NCBI RefSeq assembly: GCF_026278345.1
Contig: NZ_CP111085.1
Span: forward strand, 4,620,282 to 4,684,281
Direction: 5' to 3'
Length of the DNA: 64,000 nt
DNA from: Tellurirhabdus rosea
GTDB taxonomy: Bacteria > Bacteroidota > Bacteroidia > Cytophagales > Spirosomataceae
Part shown: positions 27,563 through 34,727 of the stretch, one piece after another
Numbering within the stretch: the first letter of the stretch is position 1
How the letters are laid out: every line of letters begins with the position of its first letter
Translations under genes and position numbers: made by a program
Notes under the pieces: generated by a model
The model's database searches: none
What the model saw: the letters and a program-made list of their open reading frames with translations, nothing else
Told to the model about the DNA's origin: nothing

Positions 27563-27676
27563 TTGATGAATTGAATGAGCGGTCCGCCGCCGCTGTGATA
27601 GATTGGTAGCCGCCGGTCAGCGCAACGGCGGACTGCCTATCAATCATTCAATCATTCAAAATTCAGTCATTCAATT
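27551..27676. repeat. composite hairpin element between co-directional genes (ttgaat/attcaa arms around gcggtccgcc…ggcggac)
   Basis: The right flank ctatcaatcattcaatcattcaaaattcagtcattcaa is near-identical to the element at 1..101. It starts at the RidA stop and ends 3 nt before the next ATG. Confidence 0.7.
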
Positions 27677-27679
27677 TCC

Positions 27680-28786
27680 ATGTGGTACGAACTCACGAAT
27701 CCCCAACAGATTGATTCGCCCGCGCTGCTGGTCTACCCCGACCGCATCGCCGGGAATATTCAGGTCATGCTCGACATGGTGAAGGGCGAGGCCGACAAGC
27801 TGTTTCCGCACGTCAAGACGCATAAAATGGACGAGGTGGTGGCCATGCAGGTGGATGCGGGCATCGACAAGTTCAAGTGCGCGACCATCGCCGAGGCCGA
27901 AATGCTGGCCGACACGGGCGCGCGCCACGTGCTGCTGGCCTACCAGCTGACCGGACCGAAACTGATCCGCTTCCGTGAACTGGTGACAGCCTATAACTGG
28001 GTGGAATGGGCGTCGCTGGTGGACAATGAAGGCTCGGCGGAGGAGCTGGCCGCTACTTTCGCCGACTCGCTGTACAGACCGATCGTGTACCTCGACGTCA
28101 ACGTTGGCATGAACCGCACCGGCCACCCGGCCAACAGCGACCTCGAAAACCTCGCCCGCTGGCTGCACGACGACCCGCGTTTCGACTTCCGGGGCTTTCA
28201 CGCCTACGACGGGCACCTCCGCGACCCGAATCTGTTCGTCCGGAAGGACCAGGCCGACGCCGGGCTGGCTCCGCTGGAGGCCATCATCGACCGCCTGGAG
28301 ACCGAAACTGGCACCCGGCCCGCCCTGATCGTCGGCGGCACCCCCACGTTTTCGGTCCATTCCGACCGTCCGAACGCCTGGTGCAGCCCGGGCACCTGTT
28401 TGCTCTGGGACTGGGGCTACGACGACCTGCTGACCGAGCAGCCTTTCGACTGGGCCGCCGTGCTGATGACCCGCGTCATCTCGAAACCCGCTCCGGGCAT
28501 CGTCACGACCGATCTGGGACACAAGTCGGTTGCCGCCGAAAACCCGCTGCCGAAGCGCGTCCGGTTCCTGAACCTGGAGAATTACGAAGTGATCGGCCAG
28601 AGCGAAGAACACCTCGTCCTGCGGGTGCCCAACGCGGAGGCTTTGCAGGTAGGCGACGTGCTTTACGGCATCCCGTACCACATCTGCCCGACGGTGGCGC
28701 TGCACGACGAAGTGCAGGTGGTCCGCGAAAACGAAGCCGTCGAGCGCTGGACAGTAGATGCGCGCCGCCGTCGGCTTACGTATTGA
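27680..28786 (+). CDS. alanine-racemase-fold PLP enzyme of the D-threonine aldolase / D-serine dehydratase (DSD1-like) family
   Basis: PLP-lysine motif PHVKTHK. N-terminal TIM-barrel and C-terminal β-domain arrangement. 368 aa. Confidence 0.8.
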   Translation: MWYELTNPQQIDSPALLVYPDRIAGNIQVMLDMVKGEADKLFPHVKTHKMDEVVAMQVDAGIDKFKCATIAEAEMLADTGARHVLLAYQLTGPKLIRFRELVTAYNWVEWASLVDNEGSAEELAATFADSLYRPIVYLDVNVGMNRTGHPANSDLENLARWLHDDPRFDFRGFHAYDGHLRDPNLFVRKDQADAGLAPLEAIIDRLETETGTRPALIVGGTPTFSVHSDRPNAWCSPGTCLLWDWGYDDLLTEQPFDWAAVLMTRVISKPAPGIVTTDLGHKSVAAENPLPKRVRFLNLENYEVIGQSEEHLVLRVPNAEALQVGDVLYGIPYHICPTVALHDEVQVVRENEAVERWTVDARRRRLTY

Positions 28787-28787
28787 A

Positions 28788-28885
28788 ATTAGTTTAGGGT
28801 TTATCGTTTAGGGTTGCTCCGCCAGGTCGGATTCAGCGGAGCAACCCTAAACGATAAACCCTAAACCCTAAACCATCACCTGCAA
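28788..28885. repeat. composite intergenic hairpin element: (tttaggg)/(ccctaaa) short repeats in inverted arms around the core gttgctccgcc–N12–agcggagcaac
   Basis: tttagggtttatcgtttagggttgctccgccaggtcggattcagcggagcaaccctaaacgataaaccctaaaccctaaacc. The core is near-identical to that of the element at 1..101. Confidence 0.75.
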
Positions 28886-28894
28886 ACCGTTCCC

Positions 28895-29560
28895 ATGCGT
28901 ACTTTTTCTCTCATCCTGTTCGCTTTTTTTGCGCTGGCTATGCAGTCGGCGAAACCTACCCGCATTATCTTTTTTGGTGATTCCATTACCCAGGCCGGGG
29001 TCGGTGCCGGCGGTTACATTACCCGGCTGAAAGACCGGCTGGCGAAGGAGAACAAAGCCGCCGATTACGAACTGATCGGCGCGGGCATCGGCGGAAACAA
29101 GGTGTATGACCTCTATCTGCGCGTCGAAGAGGACGTGATTGCCAAAAAGCCGGATGTGACGGTCATTTACATCGGCGTCAACGATGTCTGGCATAAAAGC
29201 AGCTACGGGACAGGCACCGATCCGGACAAGTTCGTGAAGTTTTACGACGCCCTGATCCGGAAAATTCAGGCGTCCGGCTCCAAAATCGTGCTCGTCACGC
29301 CCGCCGCCATCGGCGAACGCCCCGATAATTCCAACCAGCAGGACGGCGACCTGAACCAGTACTCCCGGTTCATCCGCGAACTGGCCGCTAAGTACAGCCT
29401 CCCGCTCGTCGATCTGCGGAAAACGTTCATGGACTACAACCTCAAAAACAACGCCCAGAACGCCGAAAAAGGCATCCTGACCACCGACCGCGTCCACCTC
29501 AACGAAACAGGCAACCAGATGGTAGCGGACGAGATGTATCGGGTGATAATTAAAAGTTAA
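28895..29560 (+). CDS. SGNH/GDSL-family hydrolase (secreted)
   Basis: Signal peptide. Block I FFGDSITQAG. C-terminal DxxH-like motif (DRVHLNETG). Confidence 0.8.
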   Translation: MRTFSLILFAFFALAMQSAKPTRIIFFGDSITQAGVGAGGYITRLKDRLAKENKAADYELIGAGIGGNKVYDLYLRVEEDVIAKKPDVTVIYIGVNDVWHKSSYGTGTDPDKFVKFYDALIRKIQASGSKIVLVTPAAIGERPDNSNQQDGDLNQYSRFIRELAAKYSLPLVDLRKTFMDYNLKNNAQNAEKGILTTDRVHLNETGNQMVADEMYRVIIKS

Positions 29561-29640
29561 AAATTAAGAGTTAAAAGTAGCCCGCCATTACGGAAGGGCT
29601 CCGCCCTTATTTTTCACTTTTAACTCTTAATTTTTAACTA
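29546..29640. repeat. composite hairpin element between co-directional genes (taaaagttaaaaattaagagttaaaagt arms around gggctccgccc)
   Basis: ataattaaaagttaaaaattaagagttaaaagt…acttttaactcttaatttttaact. About 28-bp inverted arms. It begins inside the SGNH stop and ends 3 nt before the next ATG. Confidence 0.7.
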
Positions 29641-29643
29641 ACT

Positions 29644-30650
29644 ATGTTGCTTTTCGACGCTCACCTTGATCTTTCCATGAACGCCCTCGAATGGAACCGG
29701 GACCTGACGCAACCGGTTGCCGCGATTCGGGAGCGGGAGGCTCCTCTGACCGACAAGCCCGACCGCGGCCGGGGCGTGGTTTCGCTGGCGGCCATGCGGG
29801 AGGGTGGCATCGGTCTTTGCGTGGCGACGCAGATCGCCCGGTACGTCAAGCCCGGCAACCCAATTCCCGGCTGGCACTCGCCCGCCCAGGCCTGGGCGCA
29901 GACGCAGGGACAACTGGCCTGGTACGAGGCGATGGAAGCAGCGGGCGAAATGGTGCAGCCCCGCCCATTGGCTACGTGCTGAGTCTGGAAGGGGCCGATT
30001 CGCTCGTCAACCTGTCGTATCTGGAAAAAGCCTACGCCGGTGGCCTGCGGGCCATCGGACCCGCGCATTACGGCCCCGGCACGTACGCCTTTGGCACGGA
30101 CTCGGAAGGGCCGTTGCCGCAAATCGGAAAGGAGCTTTTGCGCGAAATGGAACGGCTGAACATCATTCTGGACGCCACGCACCTCTGCGACACCTGTTTC
30201 TGGGAGGCGCTCGACATCTTCCGCGGCCCGGTCTGGGCGAGCCACAACAACGTCCGGGCGCTGGTGCCGCACCAACGGCAGTTTTCAGACGAGCAGTTGC
30301 GGGAACTCATCCGACGCGGGGCGGTCATCGGCGCGGCGCTGGATGCCTGGATGATGATTCCCGGCTGGGTGCGCGGCAGTTCGACACCCCAAAACACCGG
30401 CCTGAAGCTGGAACACATCCTCGACCACATCGACCATATTTGCCAGCTGGCCGGAAACGCCGACCACGTGGGCATCGGCTCCGACCTCGACGGGGCGTTC
30501 GGCAAAGAACAGTGCCCCGGCGATCTCGAAACCATTGCCGACCTGAGCCGCCTGCCGGATATGCTGCGGGCGCGGGGCTGGTCGGAAGCCGACGTGGAGA
30601 AGTTCGCCTGGCGCAACTGGGTGGCGTTTCTGGAGCGGGCGTGGGCGTGA
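29644..30650 (+). pseudogene. membrane dipeptidase (peptidase M19 family) disrupted by a frameshift near 29960–29975
   Basis: The N-terminal part (FDAHLDL…, frame of 29644) stops at 29982. The C-terminal part (…IGYVLSLEGADSL…HYGPGTY…ILDATH…GIGSDLDG) continues in the frame of the 29691 ORF. The switch occurs at the C-rich run cagccccgccca. This could equally be a sequencing error. Confidence 0.55.
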
Positions 30651-31024
30651 ACCGGCGTTGGCATTGAAGGTGTTTTCCTAAACCGGATTCTTCACAAACC
30701 GCTCTCCGTTCATCAAATCCCGCCGCCAGTCCCCGATTCCGGAAACCATTCTTCTAATCTCGCTACCGACCCACCTCTCCGTTCTCGTACCTTCGCCCCG
30801 TCTCCTGAAGACAACCACGCAACACACTCCCATGTAGGCCACTACACTTTTTCTTCTCCCCAAAATTTTCGTGCTTACGTACTGGCAGCCAAGCCATTCG
30901 TCGATCCCGGTCTCGTCGTGGAGGACGGGGCGAGGGTGGCGCGTCATACAGGCAAACCCGGATAGACGCAGCGGCTGCTTACTGACCGTTTCTCATTTCT
31001 TAACCACGTTAACACAAAAAACAC

Positions 31025-32977
31025 ATGGACATCATTACCTCCTTTGGCGGGTGGCTGCTGATTCCCGCCGTTCTGATTGCGCTTTTTCTGTACAAATGGA
31101 TACTTCGGTTCCTGTTCGGCATGGTCATCGTGCCGGAAGACCGGATCGGGCTGGTTACCAAGAAGTTCGTGCTCACAGGCACCAACCGCGAACTGCCCGA
31201 CGGCCGCATCATCGCCACGAAAGGCGAAGCCGGATTTCAGGCCAAAACGCTGGCGCCGGGCTTGTACTGGTGGATGTTTCCCTGGCAGTACGGCGTCAGG
31301 ATGGAGCCGTTTACGGTCATTCCGGAAGGCAAAATCGGGCTGGTGCTCTCCAACGACGGGGCCGAACTGCTGACGGGGAATATCCTGGGCCGCAAGATTC
31401 ACTCCGACAATTTTCAGGATACCGAAGCGTTTCTGCTAAACGGCGGGCAGAAAGGCCGCCAGACCGCCTTGCTGACGCCGGGGACGTACCGGATCAACAC
31501 CTACGCCTTCACCGTCACCGTGGCCGACATGACCGTCATCCGCGAAAACATGGTCGGCATCATCACCACCCTCGACGGTGCCCCTTTGTTACCCGGCCAA
31601 ATCGCCGGGCGGCAGGTCGACGGGCATAACAACTTCCAGGACGTAGACCTGTTTCTCCAGAACGGCGGTAACCGGGGCCTGCAGCCGCAGGTGGTGCTGG
31701 CGGGTTCGTACTACATCAACCCCTGGGCGGTGCAGATTGAAGAAATTCCGATGACGGAGGTGCCCATCGGCCATGTCGGCGTCGTGATTTCGTACATCGG
31801 GGAAGACGGCGAGGACCTGACGGGCGACACCTTCAAACACGGCAACATTGTCCGCAAAGGCTACCGCGGCGTCTGGATGGAACCGCTGGGACCGGGCAAA
31901 TACCCCATCAACACGTTTACGATGAAAGTCGAAAAAGTGCCGACCACGAACCTGGTGCTGAACTGGGCCAACGCCCGCTCGGAGTCGCACGCGCTGGACA
32001 GCAATCTGTCGACGATTACGGTGCGTTCCAAAGACGGGTTTCCGTTCAACCTCGACGTGGCGCAGATCATTCACATCCCGGCAGCCGAAGCGCCGAAGGT
32101 CATCGCCCGGTTCGGCAGCATGGTAAACCTCGTGTCGCAGGTGCTGGAACCGACCATCGGCAACTACTTCCGGAACTCGGCCCAGGACAGCGACGTCATC
32201 GCCTTCCTCAGCACCCGGAAAGAACGGCAGGAGGCCGCCCGCGAACACATCCGCAACGTGCTGGAAGTCTACAACGTCAACGCCGTGGACACGCTCATCG
32301 GGGACATCGTGCCGCCGGATTCGCTGATGAAAACCCTGACCGACCGGAAGATTGCGCAGGAAGAGGAAAAGACCTACGAAACCCAGCGGATGGCGCAGGA
32401 AAAACGGCAGGGCATGGAACGCGAAACGGCCCTGGCCGACATCCAGCGCGAGGTCGTCAAAGCGCAGCAGAGCGTCGAGATTGCCCAGCGCACCGCCGAT
32501 GCCGCCGTCAAAAAGAGCGAAGGGGAGGCCCGAAGCCTCAAACTTCAGGTCAGCGCCGAGTCGGAAGCCACCAAAATCCGCGCCGAAGCCGAGGCCGAAG
32601 CCACCAGACGCCGCTCCGCCGCCCAGGCCGAAGCGACCAAGCTGACCGCCGATGCCGAAGCCGAGCGCATTGCCAAAACCGGTACGGCCGAAGCCGAAAA
32701 AATCCTCGCCATCGGCCGCTCGACCGCCGAGGCTTACGAGCTTCAGGTCAAAGCGATGGGCGACGAGAACTTTACCCGTTTCAAAATCACGGAGGAAATC
32801 GGCAAGGGCGGTATCCGCATCATCCCGGACGTCATCATCAACGGCGGCAACAACCCCACCGACGGCTCCATAAGCGGGCTGCTGGGCCTGAAACTGCTGG
32901 AACTGACCGAAGGCCGGAAATCAGAGGGCGTGCGGAAGGTGCCGATCAAGGCGGCGGCCGAAGAGAAGAAAGAGTAA
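31025..32977 (+). CDS. flotillin-like SPFH/band-7 protein with four N-terminal ~60-aa repeats and an EA-rich coiled coil
   Basis: N-terminal TM helix. Four degenerate repeats (PG-Y-IN…V-V…E-P-G-VGVV). SPFH core. C-terminal AEAEAEATRRRSAAQAEATKLTADAEAE flotillin-type repeats. Confidence 0.75.
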   Translation: MDIITSFGGWLLIPAVLIALFLYKWILRFLFGMVIVPEDRIGLVTKKFVLTGTNRELPDGRIIATKGEAGFQAKTLAPGLYWWMFPWQYGVRMEPFTVIPEGKIGLVLSNDGAELLTGNILGRKIHSDNFQDTEAFLLNGGQKGRQTALLTPGTYRINTYAFTVTVADMTVIRENMVGIITTLDGAPLLPGQIAGRQVDGHNNFQDVDLFLQNGGNRGLQPQVVLAGSYYINPWAVQIEEIPMTEVPIGHVGVVISYIGEDGEDLTGDTFKHGNIVRKGYRGVWMEPLGPGKYPINTFTMKVEKVPTTNLVLNWANARSESHALDSNLSTITVRSKDGFPFNLDVAQIIHIPAAEAPKVIARFGSMVNLVSQVLEPTIGNYFRNSAQDSDVIAFLSTRKERQEAAREHIRNVLEVYNVNAVDTLIGDIVPPDSLMKTLTDRKIAQEEEKTYETQRMAQEKRQGMERETALADIQREVVKAQQSVEIAQRTADAAVKKSEGEARSLKLQVSAESEATKIRAEAEAEATRRRSAAQAEATKLTADAEAERIAKTGTAEAEKILAIGRSTAEAYELQVKAMGDENFTRFKITEEIGKGGIRIIPDVIINGGNNPTDGSISGLLGLKLLELTEGRKSEGVRKVPIKAAAEEKKE

Positions 32978-32991
32978 GAACGATTGTGTCG

Positions 32992-33066
32992 CCGGGTTAA
33001 ACAGCGAAGAGCGGAGTCAGGCGGAGAAAAACTCCGTTCGGCTCCGCTCTTCGCTGTTTAACCCGG
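32992..33066. terminator. bidirectional hairpin: perfect 25-bp inverted repeat ccgggttaaacagcgaagagcggag / ctccgctcttcgctgtttaacccgg with a 25-nt loop
   Basis: I checked the two arms by hand and they are perfectly complementary. The hairpin lies between the convergent flotillin-like and Dps genes. The loop contains a ggag-aaaaa-ctcc mini-hairpin. It belongs to the same GCGGAG-core family. Confidence 0.7.
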
Positions 33067-33078
33067 TAAAATGACGCG

Positions 33079-33738
33079 TTATTCCGCCCGAACCACCGGC
33101 GTTTCCACCACGTGTTCGTACAGGAACCACGCCTGAAGTTCGTTGGTCCGGAGCACCTGGCTGACCAGCAGGTCGTTGGTGCCGTCGTCGCCCGCTTCGG
33201 CGGCCCGCTGCGCCGTTTCGCGGACTTGTTTCAGCACCAGATCATGCGCTTCGAGCAGGCGCGAAATCTGCACGGGCACTTCCTCCCGGTCCCGCGGCGG
33301 ACGCGGAATGCGCGTCGTTTCGGCAATGTCGGCGGCCATCGCCAGACTCAGCCCGCCCAGCAGCTGGATGCGCTCGGCAATCTCATCGACCAGTTTGTTC
33401 TGTTCTTCGTAATGTTTATCAAAAAGCAGGTGCAGCTGGTAGAACGTCGGGCCGACAATCTGCCAGTGGTGCTTTTTGTACAAATCCCGGAGCGTAATCG
33501 TATCGGCCAGAATCTGGTTCAGGTCGTTGACGCTGTTTTTGCGCACGTCTTCCTCCAGCGCCAGCGGCACCCGTTGCAGCACCGTGCCGAACGACTGAAG
33601 AATATGTCCCTGCTGGTTCAGAATCGGTTCGGCCTTTTCGGTTTCGGAGGCTCCGTTCCGAGCGGAGGCCTTGGTTTTGGGTTTTTTGACTTCGTTGAGC
33701 ATAAATCCGTTGGTGTAGAATGATACGTTAGTAAACAT
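33079..33738 (-). CDS. dps: Dps-family ferritin-like DNA-binding protein with N-terminal extension
   Basis: LNQILADTITLRDLYKKHHWQIVGPTFYQLHLLFDKHYEEQNKLVDEIAERIQLLGG matches the Dps ferroxidase-site helices. The ~40-aa N-terminal tail is unassigned. Confidence 0.8.
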   Translation of the reverse strand: MFTNVSFYTNGFMLNEVKKPKTKASARNGASETEKAEPILNQQGHILQSFGTVLQRVPLALEEDVRKNSVNDLNQILADTITLRDLYKKHHWQIVGPTFYQLHLLFDKHYEEQNKLVDEIAERIQLLGGLSLAMAADIAETTRIPRPPRDREEVPVQISRLLEAHDLVLKQVRETAQRAAEAGDDGTNDLLVSQVLRTNELQAWFLYEHVVETPVVRAE

Positions 33739-33805
33739 TCGTCTACCGCTTTGGTTTTGCTTTACCCAAAAAAGACCCCTCCCTCTATCGACCGGTTGCG
33801 ACCCC

Positions 33806-34096
33806 TTAACGCCAGCGCTGATCGGTTCCGGCCAGCGAATAAAAAATCAGCCACAAACCCGTCAGCAGCGCCAGTGTGGTAGGAACGGCGGCCGTCAGCA
33901 GCGCCAGCACGTGCTGTTGCTGGAGGTATAGAAACGCGCTGGCGAACAGGCCCAGGCAGAGAAACGCCGTGAGCATCAGCCAGCCCGCCTGATAACCCGG
34001 TCCCGTAGGGGCTGGACGCTGATTGGAAACAAACAAATACAGCACGAAACACAGGGCGAAGGCGTCGATGGTCCAGCACAAGCGCAGAAAAACCAT
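33806..34096 (-). CDS. small integral membrane protein (3 predicted TM helices), unknown function
   Basis: 96 aa. Three hydrophobic stretches. Sandwiched between the Dps and globin genes on the same strand. Confidence 0.4.
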   Translation of the reverse strand: MVFLRLCWTIDAFALCFVLYLFVSNQRPAPTGPGYQAGWLMLTAFLCLGLFASAFLYLQQQHVLALLTAAVPTTLALLTGLWLIFYSLAGTDQRWR

Positions 34097-34107
34097 AAGA
34101 CAGAAGG

Positions 34108-34572
34108 TTAGCGTGTAACCGGAACGGCTTCGTCGGTGGCGGCGAGCATGGCCGAGGCCAGCAGCGTGTAGCAGGCCACCCAGGCGTCGCGGACATCGTC
34201 GGTCCAGACGGTGCCCAGGCCGGTTTCGAGCGTGTCGAGCAGCGCCTCGCCCACGTAGGTGTAATGCCGGTCCTGCACGCCGTAGCGGACATGGCGGCGA
34301 GCCAACTGGGCTACTTCGTCCAGAACGTCGTCCAGCCGGTCGAGCCGGGCAATGACGTAGCCAAGCATGGTCAGCAGCTTGCGGGACTGCTCCGGGGTCG
34401 TCGTCCGGGCAAACAGCGGCTTTACCTCGGGGGCGATGAAAAACAGCCGGGCGTAGAACAAACTGCCTACCGTTTCGGCCGGAAGCTGGGCCACCAGTCC
34501 GAAGGTTTGTTTTACCAGTGAAATCTGTTCAGTAGTCATGTTGCAGGAAGATTTTCGTGAAAGCTGGGTCAA
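34108..34572 (-). CDS. single-domain bacterial haemoglobin (second globin paralogue)
   Basis: ISLVKQTFGL…LFYARLFFIAPEVKPLF. RRHVRYGVQDRHYTYVGEALL. Same pattern as the globin at 13348..13785. The start may be an internal Met (MTTEQ). Confidence 0.75.
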   Translation of the reverse strand: MTQLSRKSSCNMTTEQISLVKQTFGLVAQLPAETVGSLFYARLFFIAPEVKPLFARTTTPEQSRKLLTMLGYVIARLDRLDDVLDEVAQLARRHVRYGVQDRHYTYVGEALLDTLETGLGTVWTDDVRDAWVACYTLLASAMLAATDEAVPVTR

Positions 34573-34670
34573 ACATAGCGGCGTCCCGAAGCCCCGCCAA
34601 AATTTTGAAAACGACCGGTATCTGAAACCAGGTGAACCGGTGAAACAAGGCAGTGAACCGTTAACAAAAG

Positions 34671-34703
34671 AAAACCGCCCACCGGAAAGTCCGGGGGCGG
34701 TTT
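34671..34703 (-). terminator. intrinsic terminator hairpin downstream of the SusD-like gene (bidirectional context)
   Basis: ccgcccaccgg-aaagt-ccgggggcgg. On the minus strand it is followed by ttttcttttg. On the plus strand it is preceded by an A-run. Confidence 0.5.
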
Positions 34704-34727
34704 AAGGAAGAAGCTATTGGCTGGAGC

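Noticed and set aside
28788-28885. Plant-type telomeric repeat (CCCTAAA)3 / (TTTAGGG)2.
   Set aside because: This is only 2–3 units, arranged as the inverted arms of one of the composite hairpin elements in a bacterial chromosome. It is a coincidental sequence match, not a telomere.
29644-30667. Three separate overlapping ORFs (29644..29982, 29691..30650, 29804..30667) as independent genes.
   Set aside because: The first two are halves of one M19 dipeptidase split by a frameshift. The third is an off-frame Arg/Gly/Pro-rich artefact.
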